Below the pieces are notes generated by a model. The model did no database searches and had not been told where the DNA came from. It was given only the letters and a program-made list of their open reading frames with translations. This document shows positions 36,336 to 47,340 of a stretch of 54,806 nt of DNA, piece by piece. Numbering within the stretch: the first letter of the stretch is position 1; every line of letters starts with the position of its first letter. The translations under genes were made by a program, and so were the position numbers. The DNA lies in NCBI RefSeq assembly GCF_049586575.1, contig NZ_JBAVCF010000417.1, forward strand, positions 1-54,806, read 5' to 3'. Origin of the DNA: Bradyrhizobium sp. (GTDB lineage: Bacteria; Pseudomonadota; Alphaproteobacteria; Rhizobiales; Xanthobacteraceae).

Positions 36336-37250
36336 ATGGCCAAATCACTCGACGGCAAATCCATCATCGTGACCGGCGCGGGCCGCGGCATCGGGCGCGA
36401 GATAGCGCTGTTATGCGCAGCCGAAGGCGCCAAGGTCGTGGTCAATGATCCCGGCGGCGCGGCCGATGGATCTGGCTCAAGCGCCTCGCCCGCCGAGGAA
36501 GTGGTCGAGGAGATCAAGAAGCGCGGCGGGACGGCGGTGGCCAATTTCGAGAGCGTCGCGGAAGCCATTCCCGCGAGCCGCATCGTCAAGGCGGCGGTCG
36601 ATCATTTCGGCAAGCTCGACGGCGTCGTCAACAATGCCGGAATCCTGCGCGACGCCATCTTCCACCGCATGAGCATCGACGCCTTCGAGTCCGTCATCAA
36701 GGTGCATCTGATGGGCTCATTCTATGTCTCCCATGCCGCCGCGCGGCTGTTCCGCGAGCAGGAGAGCGGATCGTTCGTCCACTTCACCTCGACATCGGGC
36801 CTGGTCGGTAACTTTGGCCAGGCGAATTACTCCGCCGCGAAACTCGGCATCGTCGGCCTTTCCAAATCGATCGCGCTCGACATGAACCGCTTCAACGTGC
36901 GCTCGAACTGCGTGTCGCCGTTCGCCTGGAGCCGCTTGATCGGCACCATTCCGACTGAGACCGAAGCGGAGAAAGCCCGCGTGGCTAACATCCAGCGGAT
37001 GGGTCCCGAAAGGATCGCGCCGGTTGTCGCCTACCTGCTCAGCGATGCCGCCAAGGATGTCACAGGGCAAATCTTTGCCGTGCGACTGAACGAGATTTTC
37101 TTGATGAGCCAGTCGCGCCCGCTCCGCTCGGTCCACCGAGGCGAAGGCTGGACGGTGGAAAGCCTTGCCGAGCACGGCATGCCGGCGCTGAAGCCGTCAT
37201 TTTACAAACTTGACCGCTCGGCAGATATTTTTAGTTGGGACGCGATCTGA
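36336..37250 (+). CDS. SDR oxidoreductase (3-hydroxyacyl-CoA dehydrogenase/MFE-2-like)
   Basis: TGAGRGIG, VVVND, NNAGILRD, GNFGQANYSAAK (YxxxK). Confidence 0.93.
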   Translation: MAKSLDGKSIIVTGAGRGIGREIALLCAAEGAKVVVNDPGGAADGSGSSASPAEEVVEEIKKRGGTAVANFESVAEAIPASRIVKAAVDHFGKLDGVVNNAGILRDAIFHRMSIDAFESVIKVHLMGSFYVSHAAARLFREQESGSFVHFTSTSGLVGNFGQANYSAAKLGIVGLSKSIALDMNRFNVRSNCVSPFAWSRLIGTIPTETEAEKARVANIQRMGPERIAPVVAYLLSDAAKDVTGQIFAVRLNEIFLMSQSRPLRSVHRGEGWTVESLAEHGMPALKPSFYKLDRSADIFSWDAI

Positions 37251-37394
37251 GGAGAACCTGAGGTCTTCCAGAGACTTGGATAGATTCAACTCGTCGCTTC
37301 GCCAATCCGGGGCTGTTTCAGGAGCTGCCCGCCCGGTTTATGCCGAAATGTCGGCACATGTTTTCCTCCCAACAAAAACTCAAGGGAGGCGACC

Positions 37395-38537
37395 ATGACG
37401 AATATGTTACGTCGAGAAATTCCTACTGATGACGGCCGTCGCGGCTTCGATCGGCGCGAGCTGATGAAGGGAGCTGCGGCGTTGGCAGCGACAGCCGCAA
37501 CCGTGGCGACGGCCTCGGCGGCCGAGCGGCCGTTGGGCGAAACGGCGGTTCGGCTCCGAGACACCCAACCGTTTCCGCTGGGACCGCTGCCCGGCACGCG
37601 TTACCCCGACGCACACATCGAAGCTCTGGATAAGAGCTTCAAGGGCAGCGCCGGGACTGGCGCGGTTGAGCGCGTAGCGACCGGCTTCCGCTGGGCCGAG
37701 GGGCCGGTATACTTTCCGGCCGGGCGCTATGTGCTGTTCAGCGACATTCCCAATAACCGCATCATGCGCTACAGCGAAGACGACGGCCACTTGAGCGTCT
37801 ATCGACAGCCGTCGATGAACTCGAACGGGAACACCATCGATCGGGAGGGACGCCTTCTCACCTGCGAACACAGCGGCCGACGCATCACACGTACCGAGCT
37901 TGATGGCTCGATCACCGTTATCGCCGACAAGTACCAGGGCAAGAAGCTCAACGCGCCGAACGACATCGTGGTCGCTTCCAACGGGACGATCTGGTTCACG
38001 GATCCTGGCTATGGGATCAAGGGCGACTATGAAGGCCTCAAGGAGCCGTTCGAACAGGACAAGCGCAACGTCTTCCGGGTCGATCCAAAATCCGGCGACA
38101 TCAAGGTCGTCGCCGACGATTTCGTGATGCCCAATGGTATTACGTTCTCGCCCGACGAGAAGAAGCTCTACGTCATCGACACGGGCCTCACGGAGGGAGA
38201 GGGAAATCCGGCGTGGATCCGTGTATTCGACGTCGATATCGATGCGGGCAAGTTGTCGAATGGCAAGGTCTTCGCCAAAGACTTCGCTCCTGGCTTTACC
38301 GACGGCATGCGCTGCGACACCGATGGGAATGTCTGGTGCTCCATGGGTTGGGGTGACCCCAAGGAGGATGGCGTTCGCTGCTACAATCCCGAAGGCCACC
38401 TGATCGGCAAGATTCATCTGCCGGAAACCGTTGCCAATGTGTGCTTCGGAGGCCAGCAGCGAAACCGGCTTTACATCTGCGGCTCGACATCGCTCTACGC
38501 GCTGTACACTAGCGCGAAAGGCGCCATGAAGCCGTAG
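37395..38537 (+). CDS. SMP-30/gluconolactonase-family protein with Tat signal
   Basis: FDRRELMKG signal; WAEGPVY, SDIPNN, SNGNT, LNAPND, PNGITFSPD, DGMRCD. Confidence 0.93.
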   Translation: MTNMLRREIPTDDGRRGFDRRELMKGAAALAATAATVATASAAERPLGETAVRLRDTQPFPLGPLPGTRYPDAHIEALDKSFKGSAGTGAVERVATGFRWAEGPVYFPAGRYVLFSDIPNNRIMRYSEDDGHLSVYRQPSMNSNGNTIDREGRLLTCEHSGRRITRTELDGSITVIADKYQGKKLNAPNDIVVASNGTIWFTDPGYGIKGDYEGLKEPFEQDKRNVFRVDPKSGDIKVVADDFVMPNGITFSPDEKKLYVIDTGLTEGEGNPAWIRVFDVDIDAGKLSNGKVFAKDFAPGFTDGMRCDTDGNVWCSMGWGDPKEDGVRCYNPEGHLIGKIHLPETVANVCFGGQQRNRLYICGSTSLYALYTSAKGAMKP

Positions 38538-38638
38538 TTGGTTCTCGCACCGCCATTCGCGGCCACGCACCTCTCGCGTGATATGCGCGCCAACGCGCCC
38601 ATATTTGCTGGGAAGCGCACTTCGCGTTAGCCTCCAGT

Positions 38639-38668
38639 CATTCGGGACGCGTAGCCGCGTCCCGAATG
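38639..38668. repeat. Perfect hairpin (REP-like) between the lactonase genes
   Basis: CATTCGGGACGCG-TAGC-CGCGTCCCGAATG, 13-bp stem. Confidence 0.55.
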
Positions 38669-38703
38669 CTGTGTAGGGGACGGAAGGACAGCCGGGAGGA
38701 AAG

Positions 38704-39765
38704 ATGACAAGCGAATTACGGCCCCCTCATCAATATGAGGGTGTCGAAGGTATCGGTCGCAGCGGCGAGACACGTAACTTCGGCCCGAACGCACCGCCCC
38801 AGCGCTATCCCGATCCAGACATCGTCGTCATCGACCCCAAGCGCTTCAAGGCGAAGGTCGGCAATACGGCCATCCAACGGCTCTATACTGGCTGCCTGTG
38901 GGCGGAGGGACCGGCCTGGAATGCGCAAGGCCAATATCTGGTCTGGAGCGATATTCCGAACAACCGGCAGCTTCGCTATCTCGAAGATGGCGGCGGATAC
39001 ATCTCGGAGAACTTCCGCAAACCGACCAACGAAGCCAATGGCAACACGTTCGATTTCCAGGGACGGCAAATCACCTGCGAGCGAACGCGCGTGGTTCGCT
39101 TCGAGCATAACGGGTCGGTCACCACACTCGCCGATCAGGCGAACGGCAAACCGTTGAATGGACCGAACGATGTCGTCGTCCATCCCAATGACGGCTCGAT
39201 CTGGTTTACGGATCCCGGCTATGGCGCGATCGTCCTCTACGAGGGGCAACGGACCACCGATGGCTCGGTCCAGCCCTATCAGAAGGAAGCGGTCTACCGG
39301 GTCGATGCGCACACGGGCGAGATCAGGAAAGTCGCTGACGATGCTTTCAAGCCGAACGGCATTGCCTTCAGTCCCGATTGCAGGAACGTCTATATCTGCG
39401 ACAGTGGGATCACCCACTACCCGCAGGCCAAGAACGTCGTCTGGCAATACGATCTCAACGGCGACAAGCTCTCAAACCCGCGGCCGCTGATCGATATGGC
39501 GATGGGCGGCCGATCAGGTTTCCCGGACGGCCTGCGGGTCGATACCGAAGGCAATATCTGGGTCGGCGCCGGCTGGGTCGGCGAAGGCTATGATGGCGTG
39601 CAGGTCTTCGCTCCCGACGACGGCCAGCGGATCGGTCAAATTCGCTTGCCGGAATGCTGCGCCAATCTCTGCTTCGGCGGCAAGAAGCGAAACCGCCTGT
39701 TTATGACCGCGAGCCAATCGCTCTATGCCGTCTATGTCGAAACTCAGGGCGCGCACAATTGCTGA
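38704..39765 (+). CDS. SMP-30/gluconolactonase-family protein without a signal peptide
   Basis: WAEGPAW, SDIPNN, ANGNT, LNGPND, PNGIAFSPD, PDGLRVD; GGGAGG RBS. Confidence 0.93.
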   Translation: MTSELRPPHQYEGVEGIGRSGETRNFGPNAPPQRYPDPDIVVIDPKRFKAKVGNTAIQRLYTGCLWAEGPAWNAQGQYLVWSDIPNNRQLRYLEDGGGYISENFRKPTNEANGNTFDFQGRQITCERTRVVRFEHNGSVTTLADQANGKPLNGPNDVVVHPNDGSIWFTDPGYGAIVLYEGQRTTDGSVQPYQKEAVYRVDAHTGEIRKVADDAFKPNGIAFSPDCRNVYICDSGITHYPQAKNVVWQYDLNGDKLSNPRPLIDMAMGGRSGFPDGLRVDTEGNIWVGAGWVGEGYDGVQVFAPDDGQRIGQIRLPECCANLCFGGKKRNRLFMTASQSLYAVYVETQGAHNC

Positions 39766-39811
39766 GGGTCCCGTTGCTCAACTTCGCCATCAGGCGCGCG
39801 CGATGACTGGG

Positions 39812-42610
39812 CTAGCCGCTGTTGCGCAAGCCGGCCGAAATGCCGTTGATCGTAATCTGAATTCCGCGCAGCACCTGCTCATCCATGTTCTGCGCCCGGT
39901 GCTCCTTCAGGAGCTCGATCTGAATGTGGTTCAGCGGGTCGATATAGGGAAAACGATTGCGGATCGAGCGCTCCAGCGACGGGTTGCTTTCCAGCAGACG
40001 CTCCTGCCCCATAATCTCCAGCAGCCTATCGATCGAGCTCTGCCATTCACGCCGGATGCGTTCGAAGATGCTTTCGCGAAGCGCAGCGTCGGGCACGAGT
40101 TCAGCATAGCGTGAGGCGATCGCGATCGAGCTCTTGGCCAGCACCATGTCCATATTCGACAGCAGGGTACGGAAGAAGGGCCATTCGCGGTAGAGTTCCT
40201 TAAGGAAGGCCATGCCCGCGCCGGGATTCTCCTTCAGCCACGCCTCGACCGCGCTGCCGAACCCATACCATCCCGGCAACATCAGCCGGCACTGCGCCCA
40301 GCTGAAGACCCAGGGAATGGCGCGCAAGTCTTCGATCTCGCGGGTCTTCTTGCGCGACGCCGGACGGCTGCCGATGTTCAGCGTTGCGATCTCGGTGATC
40401 ACGGTGGAAGCCCAAAAATAATCGGCAAATCCGTCGGTCTCGTAGACCAGACCGCGATAGGCCTTGAAGGCATGGGCTGATAGTTGCTCCATCGCCTCCA
40501 GATATTCCGCGCGTGGCGCTCTTCGTCTCGGCTGCAGCAGGCTTGCCTCCAGCGTCGCCGCCGCCAGCACCTCCAGATTGTCGAGACCGACATCCGCATT
40601 GGCATACTTGCTGGAAATGATCTCACCCTGCTCGGTGATCCGGATCTGGCCATTCACGGCGCCGCTGGGCTGCGCGATGATCGCGTCATAGCTCGGGCCA
40701 CCGCCCCGTCCGACCGAGCCGCCGCGGCCGTGGAAGAGGCGCAGCCGCACATGGTGCCGCTCGAACACTTCGACGAGGCCGATCTCGGCCTTGTAAAGCT
40801 CCCAGCCTGAGGTGACGAAGCCGCCGTCCTTGTTGCTGTCGGAATAGCCGAGCATTACCTCCTGCACGGAGCCGCGGCTGTCGACCAGCTTGCGGTAATC
40901 GTGCATCGACAGGATCCGATCCATGATATGGCCGGAGCCCTGCAAATCCTCGATCGTCTCGAACAGCGGCACGATATTGATCGCGCTGCGGCCGGACGGA
41001 TCGACGAGGCCGACTTCCTTCAGCAAGACCGCGACCTCCAGCATATCGGAGATCCCCTTGCACATCGAAATGATGCATTGGGGAATCGCATCCGCCCCGA
41101 ACCTGACATGGGCCTCGGCGGCGGCCCGGAACACCGCGAGCTCGCCTACCGTCTCCTCGCTGTATTTGACGAAGGCCGAGGTCAGCGGCCGGGCATTACG
41201 CATTTCGCTGACGAGAAGTGCGATGCGCGCCTCCTCATTCAGCGCGAGATAAGACATGCCGGGCATCGCCGCATTGATCAACTCGGCGATGGTGCGTTCG
41301 TGAACCGCCGAGTTCTGCCGGATGTCGAGACTGGCGAGATGAAAGCCGAAACAGTCGATAGCGCGCCGCAGGTGACGCAGCCGTCCGCGCGCGATCACCC
41401 GCGAATTATTCGCCATCAGCGAGCGATAGAGGGTATCGAGATCGGCCTTGAATTCGGCGGCATCGGCATAGGGCTCAGCTTCGCCCACCGCCGCCCGCGT
41501 GGTCTCCACCTCCAGCCGCGTCGCGGTCGCGGTGAGCCTTGCAAAGATTCCGGATACTGCAAGGCGATAAGGCTCGCCACTTCGATGCGGCGACTTGTCG
41601 GGCGAGCTCTCAGCCAGCGTCCGCAGGTCTTTTGACACGTCCGCAAGATGCGCCGCCAGCGAAAGCTCGGAGCCGAGCACATGCAATTCGTCGAGGTAAA
41701 AGCGAACGACGCGGCTGGATTGCATCTTTAGCGTGCCGCGCATCATTTCCGCCGTCACGAACGGATTGCCATCACGATCGCCGCCGATCCAGCTTCCCAT
41801 CTTCAGGAAGGACGCCAGTTCGCCTTGGGCAGCCCCCTCGCCTTCGTTGAGACGGTCTTCGAGACGGCAATGCAGCCGGGGAACCTCATCCAGGAAGGTA
41901 TAGTCGTAGAAAGACAGGCCGTTGGCGACCTCGTCGAGCACGGTGAGGCGGGTGCGGCGCAAAATGTTGGTTTGCCACAACGTCAATACCGCGCGCCGCA
42001 ATTGCTCATCGCTTGCAGCCAACTCCTCCGGCGTGAACTGCACCCGCTCGCGCCGGTCCAGCACGGCCGCAATCTCCATCTCGCGGTCGATGGTGCTCTT
42101 GCGGCGGACTTCCGTTGGATGCGCGGTCAGCACCGGACTGACCAGCGCCGTTGCAAAGAACTTGCGCAAGTCGGCTGCGCTGAGCCCGGCAGTACGGGCA
42201 TGCGACAAGGTCAGCGCCAGCGTTCCAGGGCGTGGCGCTTCGCCGGCCCTGGAACCCTCCCGCATCCGGCGAATATTGTTCTGATCCTCGGCGATGTTGG
42301 CGAGATGGGAGAAGTAGCTGAAGGCGCGCACGATGCGCACTGTCTGGCTGATCGACATGCTGTCGAGGGTCAGTTCAAGCTCTCGGCGTGCCGCCTTATC
42401 GTCGCCGCGGTGAAACCGGATCGAAGTTTGCCGGATGCGCTCGACCAGATCAAAGACGTCGGCGCCCTCCTGGTCGCGGACAGTGTCGCCGAGGATGCGC
42501 CCCAACAGGCGGATGTCGTTCCGCAGCCTGATATCTTCTTCAAGCGCAACGCTTTCCTCGCTGCGACTGGATTCCAGCCCGTGTTCAGAAAGCATGATCT
42601 GGGTAGACAT
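39812..42610 (-). CDS. ppc: Phosphoenolpyruvate carboxylase
   Basis: [61 protein letters not shown], terminal GLRNSG. Confidence 0.98.
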   Translation of the reverse strand: MSTQIMLSEHGLESSRSEESVALEEDIRLRNDIRLLGRILGDTVRDQEGADVFDLVERIRQTSIRFHRGDDKAARRELELTLDSMSISQTVRIVRAFSYFSHLANIAEDQNNIRRMREGSRAGEAPRPGTLALTLSHARTAGLSAADLRKFFATALVSPVLTAHPTEVRRKSTIDREMEIAAVLDRRERVQFTPEELAASDEQLRRAVLTLWQTNILRRTRLTVLDEVANGLSFYDYTFLDEVPRLHCRLEDRLNEGEGAAQGELASFLKMGSWIGGDRDGNPFVTAEMMRGTLKMQSSRVVRFYLDELHVLGSELSLAAHLADVSKDLRTLAESSPDKSPHRSGEPYRLAVSGIFARLTATATRLEVETTRAAVGEAEPYADAAEFKADLDTLYRSLMANNSRVIARGRLRHLRRAIDCFGFHLASLDIRQNSAVHERTIAELINAAMPGMSYLALNEEARIALLVSEMRNARPLTSAFVKYSEETVGELAVFRAAAEAHVRFGADAIPQCIISMCKGISDMLEVAVLLKEVGLVDPSGRSAINIVPLFETIEDLQGSGHIMDRILSMHDYRKLVDSRGSVQEVMLGYSDSNKDGGFVTSGWELYKAEIGLVEVFERHHVRLRLFHGRGGSVGRGGGPSYDAIIAQPSGAVNGQIRITEQGEIISSKYANADVGLDNLEVLAAATLEASLLQPRRRAPRAEYLEAMEQLSAHAFKAYRGLVYETDGFADYFWASTVITEIATLNIGSRPASRKKTREIEDLRAIPWVFSWAQCRLMLPGWYGFGSAVEAWLKENPGAGMAFLKELYREWPFFRTLLSNMDMVLAKSSIAIASRYAELVPDAALRESIFERIRREWQSSIDRLLEIMGQERLLESNPSLERSIRNRFPYIDPLNHIQIELLKEHRAQNMDEQVLRGIQITINGISAGLRNSG

Positions 42611-42757
42611 CGCTGAAATGCTCCAGAATCTGCCGGCATTCTTGAGTCGCAATTTTCGTGCCGCAGCGCAAGGCCAAGAAGCAGGCGGATTGCCCGTTAC
42701 GGACGCGCCAAGTCCCGTTGCGACCGCGCCTGGCTGCGGATCGAGCCACAGACAGGA

Positions 42758-43570
42758 TCACGGATCGACAAAATTCGCAGCACGTCTGTCGATATTGGCG
42801 CGAACCGCCTCGAGCTGATTGCCGCTGCCAATCAGCTTCTGCTGCTCGACCGATTCTGCCAATAGCGCGGGCGCCGGATCAATTGACAGGCCGTTCAGAA
42901 GCCGTTTGGCGGCACGGATCGCGTCTGGGCTTTTTGCGGCGATTTCACGCGCCACCGCAAGCGCCGCCGCACGGGGGTCGTCGCAGATTCGTGTCGCGAG
43001 GCCATAACTCAACGCCTCCTGCGCCGAAAAAATCCGCCCCGTGTAAGTCAGCTCTCGCAGGATATCGTCGCGCACGAGGCTCGCCAGAATCGGGGTTCCC
43101 GCCATGTCCGGCACCAATCCCCATTTGATCTCCATGATCGACATCCGGGCGTCCGCACTCAGAAATCGCATGTCGGCGCCAAGCGCGAGCTGAAAGCCGC
43201 CGCCAAATGCCACCCCGTGAACCGCGGCAATCACCGGCACCGGAAGCTGCCGCCAGCCCCATACGGCCATTTGCGGAAAATTGGCGATGCCGGCGGTACG
43301 CAAAGTGAGATTGCGCGCCTCGCCGCCCGCAATGCCGTTGCCGCCATCGTCCTTCATCGCGGCGAAACGACCCGTATCAAGGCCGGCGCAGAAGGCACGG
43401 CCCTCGCCGGACAATACTACCGCGCGCACGCCTTTCTCGCTGCCAAGTCTTTTCGCGGTTGCGACCAGCGCCTCGAACATTGCGGCATCCAGCGCGTTCA
43501 TCTTGTCGGCGCGAACCATGCGGACATCGGCAACCCCTCCCGAGATCGTCACCTGTATGCGATCATCCAT
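42758..43570 (-). CDS. Crotonase/enoyl-CoA hydratase-family protein
   Basis: KMNAL, AFCAGLD, PVIAAVHGVAFGGG, EIKWGLVPDM; AGGAGG RBS before ATG 43570. Confidence 0.94.
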   Translation of the reverse strand: MDDRIQVTISGGVADVRMVRADKMNALDAAMFEALVATAKRLGSEKGVRAVVLSGEGRAFCAGLDTGRFAAMKDDGGNGIAGGEARNLTLRTAGIANFPQMAVWGWRQLPVPVIAAVHGVAFGGGFQLALGADMRFLSADARMSIMEIKWGLVPDMAGTPILASLVRDDILRELTYTGRIFSAQEALSYGLATRICDDPRAAALAVAREIAAKSPDAIRAAKRLLNGLSIDPAPALLAESVEQQKLIGSGNQLEAVRANIDRRAANFVDP

Positions 43571-43740
43571 GATGGTTTCCTCCTGGTGTCCCGATTCCGA
43601 AGTCCGCATGATGAACCCGCCTGCAGCCATGATACGGACCTCTGGACCGCCACACTGCCACTCCGTACGATAACGGCTTTACACGAAAGCTTCCTCCGGT
43701 TTTATTCGTCTGCTCCTGACAAGCAAGAACGGGGACCGTC

Positions 43741-44613
43741 ATGTTCAGCGAAAAACTCCTTGTCGGCCGGCGAATTCTCGTGACCGGCGGCGGCACCGGG
43801 CTCGGCAAATCGATGGCAAGCCGCTTTCTCGAGCTTGGCGCGGAGGTCCATATCTGCGGACGCCGCAAGAGCGTCTGCGACGAGACGGCAACCGAATTGA
43901 TGGACCTCTACGGCGGCCGCGTGACCAGCCACGGCGTCGATATCCGCAACGCGTTGGCAGTCGACGAAATGGTCGAGGCGATCTTCAAGGATGGTCCGCT
44001 GACCGACCTCGTCAACAACGCGGCGGGCAACTTCATCTCGCGCACCGAAGATCTTTCTTCGCGCGGCTTCGACGCGGTTGCCAACATCGTCATGCACGGC
44101 ACCTTCTATGTCACCCATGCCGTCGGACGGCGCTGGATCGCGAACAAGCTCCGCGGCAATGTCGTGTCGATCACCGTCACCTGGGTCCGCAACGGCAGCC
44201 CCTATGTGGTGCCATCGGCCATGAGCAAATCCGCCGTCCACGCCATGACCATGTCGCTGGCGGCTGAATGGGGCCGCTACGGCATCCGGCTGAACACGAT
44301 TGCGCCGGGCGAAATTCCAACCGAAGGCATGAGCAAGCGGATCAAGCCAGGTGACGAAGCCGGCGCACGTACCAAGGCCATGAACCCGATGGGCCGGGTT
44401 GGAACGATGGAGGAGTTGCAAAACCTGGCGGTATTCCTGATTTCCGGCGGCTGCGACTGGATCAACGGCGAAACGATCGCGATGGACGGCGGCCAGGCGC
44501 TCGCGATGGGCGGAAATTTCTATCAGTTGCGCGACTGGACCGACACCGACTGGGAAAACGCTCGGGATCAGATCAAGGCGCAAAACGAGAAAGATCGCTC
44601 CGCACGGCAGTAA
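43741..44613 (+). CDS. SDR oxidoreductase, 2,4-dienoyl-CoA reductase-like
   Basis: TGGGTGLG, NNAAGNF, SAMSK in place of YxxxK, LAAEWGRYGIRLNTIAPG. Confidence 0.88.
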   Translation: MFSEKLLVGRRILVTGGGTGLGKSMASRFLELGAEVHICGRRKSVCDETATELMDLYGGRVTSHGVDIRNALAVDEMVEAIFKDGPLTDLVNNAAGNFISRTEDLSSRGFDAVANIVMHGTFYVTHAVGRRWIANKLRGNVVSITVTWVRNGSPYVVPSAMSKSAVHAMTMSLAAEWGRYGIRLNTIAPGEIPTEGMSKRIKPGDEAGARTKAMNPMGRVGTMEELQNLAVFLISGGCDWINGETIAMDGGQALAMGGNFYQLRDWTDTDWENARDQIKAQNEKDRSARQ

Positions 44614-44710
44614 AGGCCTGTCTCCCGTCGAAAGCCAAAGCGCGTCGCTATTGTCTTTGCCGTCAGATGCCGCCAAACTCCTCGCCAAAATAATACTCCG
44701 GGAGGAGGAC

Positions 44711-46288
44711 ATGGCCGTCTCACAAGGGCTGGCGCACCTTGCCGACATGGTGCGCGGGCTGGCGCGTTCACGCGGCAAGGAAACAGCCTTCGAATTCGAG
44801 GGACGCGAGACCAGTTTCGCCGAGTTCAACGTGCTGACCAACCGCGTCGCAAACGGGCTGATCGCTCTCGGCGTTCGCCCGCGGGAGCGGATCGCCTATC
44901 TTGGCAAGAACAGCGACGTCTATTTCGAATTGTTACTGGGCGCCATGAAGGCCAATGCGGTGATGACGCCGGTCAATTGGCGGCTGGCGGCGCCCGAGAT
45001 TGCTTACATCATGGCGGATTGCAAAGCGCCCGTTCTCTTCGTAGGGCCCGAATGCGTGGCCCAGGTTCACAGTATTCAATCACGACTGCCTGAACTGCGC
45101 GTGGTTATTGCGGCCGAGGGCGGCGCGGCGGAATGGCAAAGTTATCAGGCCTGGCGGGACGCACAGAGTCCTGACGACCCAAAGGTCCAGATCGAGCGAC
45201 AGGATGTTGCAATCCAGCTCTATACCTCCGGCACGACCGGAAAACCGAAAGGCGCCATGCTGTCGCACGCCAACCTTCTCGACCAGCTTGAGAATGGCGA
45301 CGGCGCCGACGCCGACTGGAACCGCTGGACCGAGGATGACGTCTCGCTGGTCGCAATGCCGATTTTCCATATCGGTGGTTCCGGCTGGGGCCTGCTTGGC
45401 CTTTGCCACGGCGCCAAAGGCGTGATCGCGCGGGAGTTCGATCCCACCAAGGTGCTCGACTTCATCGAGCATGCCAAAGTAACCAAGCTGTTCATGGTGC
45501 CGGCCGCGATGCAGTTTGTCGTTCGGCAGCCGCGGGCGCGCAGCGTGGATTTCTCGCGCCTGAAATACATCCTATACGGCGCCTCCCCGATCCCCGCGGC
45601 GTTGCTGAAGGAATGCATCGACGTATTTGGCTGCGGCTTCGTGCAGGTCTACGGCATGACCGAGACCGCTGGCGGCATTGTCGCGCTTCCGCCCGAAGAC
45701 CACGTCGAGGGATTGGAGCGCATGCGCTCTGCCGGCAAGGCGTTGCCGGGCGTCGAGCTTGCGATCCTCGACATTGACGGCAAGCATTTGCCGCCGGGCG
45801 AGGTCGGCGAGATCGCGACAAGGTCCGGCTCCAACATGGTCGGCTACTGGAACCTGCCGGAGGCGAGCGCCAAAACCGTGGGGCCCGACGGCTGGCTGCG
45901 CACCGGAGACGCCGGTTACATGGACAAAGATGGCTACCTCTACGTCCAGGACCGCATCAAGGACATGATCATCTCGGGCGGCGAAAACATCTATCCGGCC
46001 GAGGTCGAGAGTGCGGTTTGCGATCACCCCGATGTCGCGGAAGCCGCCGTGATCGGCGTGCCCGACGACACATGGGGCGAAGTGGTCAAAGCCATCGTGG
46101 TATTAAAGCCCGGCAAGCAGACGACTGCATCCGACATCATCGGCTTCACGCGGACGCACATCGCAGCATTCAAGACGCCCAAGACGGTGGATTTCATCGA
46201 CGCCCTGCCCCGCAACGCCTCCGGCAAGATCCTGCGCCGCCATCTGCGCGACCCCTATTGGGCTGGAAGAGAGCGGCAGGTGAATTGA
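44711..46288 (+). CDS. Fatty-acid--CoA ligase (AMP-binding)
   Basis: YTSGTTGKPKG, YGMTE, WLRTGD, DRIKDMIISGGENIYPAEVE, PRNASGK; GGAGGAGG RBS. Confidence 0.95.
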   Translation: MAVSQGLAHLADMVRGLARSRGKETAFEFEGRETSFAEFNVLTNRVANGLIALGVRPRERIAYLGKNSDVYFELLLGAMKANAVMTPVNWRLAAPEIAYIMADCKAPVLFVGPECVAQVHSIQSRLPELRVVIAAEGGAAEWQSYQAWRDAQSPDDPKVQIERQDVAIQLYTSGTTGKPKGAMLSHANLLDQLENGDGADADWNRWTEDDVSLVAMPIFHIGGSGWGLLGLCHGAKGVIAREFDPTKVLDFIEHAKVTKLFMVPAAMQFVVRQPRARSVDFSRLKYILYGASPIPAALLKECIDVFGCGFVQVYGMTETAGGIVALPPEDHVEGLERMRSAGKALPGVELAILDIDGKHLPPGEVGEIATRSGSNMVGYWNLPEASAKTVGPDGWLRTGDAGYMDKDGYLYVQDRIKDMIISGGENIYPAEVESAVCDHPDVAEAAVIGVPDDTWGEVVKAIVVLKPGKQTTASDIIGFTRTHIAAFKTPKTVDFIDALPRNASGKILRRHLRDPYWAGRERQVN

Positions 46289-46296
46289 ATCCTGGC

Positions 46297-47307
46297 ATGA
46301 CGGCGCTTAGGAAAATCAGGATACAAGATGACGGATCGCGACCGCGCCGTCGCTGGTTTCTTCTGCTTGCGCTGATCCTGACGGCGCTGCCTTGGCATGC
46401 AAGCCAGGCCGCCGGATATCCGGAACGAGCGATCAAGATCGTCGTCCCCTTTCCCGCGGGCGGTCCTACCGACGTGGCAGCGCGGATGATTGCGCAAGCG
46501 CTTGCGACGAAATTCGGCAAAGGCGTTGTCGTTGAAAATCATCCGGGCGCTGGCGGCCGGATCGGCGCCAAAGTGGTCGCAGCCGCGGCGCCTGATGGCT
46601 ACACGTTGTTGTTGGGCGGGACCAACGTCAATGCGATCGGGGCGATCTACAGCGACCTCGGCTTCGACCCCGTCAAATCCTTTGCCCCGATCGGCGTGGT
46701 CTGCGTCGATTCGCTCGCCATCGCCATCTCGCCACGGGTACCCGTCCATGATTTCAAGGAATTTATCCAGTATGCGAAGGACCATCCCGGACAGCTGAAA
46801 TACGGCGCCTCGCCCGGCATCTACACGCAATTTGCCGGTGAATACTTCAAATTGAAGACCGGAACCGACATCCTGTTCGTACCCTACAAGGGCGGCGCGC
46901 CCGCTGTGACGGATGCGCTGGGCGGGCACATCGAAATGGTCGTCAACAACAAGTCGAACCTTTTGCCGCAGTTCAAGGACGGCAAACTGAAAGCGCTTGC
47001 AGTGACCAGCGAAGAACGCTGGCCGGAATTGCCGCAAACCCCGACGATGCGCGAAGTAGGCATTCTCGGTTTCCCGCAAGAGGTCTTGTTTGGCCTGTTG
47101 GCGCCCGCGGGAACGCCCGAAGCGATCATCATGCTGCTCAACAGCACCATCAACGAGGCGGTTCAGTCGGCGGAGGTTCGCGCCAGCCTCGAAAGCGTCG
47201 GCGTAGACGCCAGGATTGGAACGCCGGAGGCGTTCGCCTCGGCGCTTGATGAACAGGCCCGTGAATGGAAGAGAGTGATCGAGGAAACGGGCATCACGGT
47301 CGAGTAA
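46297..47307 (+). CDS. Bug/TctC-family substrate-binding protein (orphan)
   Basis: YPERAIKIVVPFPAGGPTD, ENHPGAGG, APDGYTLL, VPYKGGAPA; the track's upstream extension overlaps the ligase and is not credible. Confidence 0.92.
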   Translation: MTALRKIRIQDDGSRPRRRWFLLLALILTALPWHASQAAGYPERAIKIVVPFPAGGPTDVAARMIAQALATKFGKGVVVENHPGAGGRIGAKVVAAAAPDGYTLLLGGTNVNAIGAIYSDLGFDPVKSFAPIGVVCVDSLAIAISPRVPVHDFKEFIQYAKDHPGQLKYGASPGIYTQFAGEYFKLKTGTDILFVPYKGGAPAVTDALGGHIEMVVNNKSNLLPQFKDGKLKALAVTSEERWPELPQTPTMREVGILGFPQEVLFGLLAPAGTPEAIIMLLNSTINEAVQSAEVRASLESVGVDARIGTPEAFASALDEQAREWKRVIEETGITVE

Positions 47308-47340
47308 GTAAACTGACGTTAGCTACGCATCAAATGGCCG

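Noticed and set aside
46018..46296. N-terminal extensions in the track for the Bug gene, the NMO gene (48574-49191) and the SBP gene (34543-34764)
   Set aside because: They overlap neighbouring genes, and better downstream starts exist. Not fusions.
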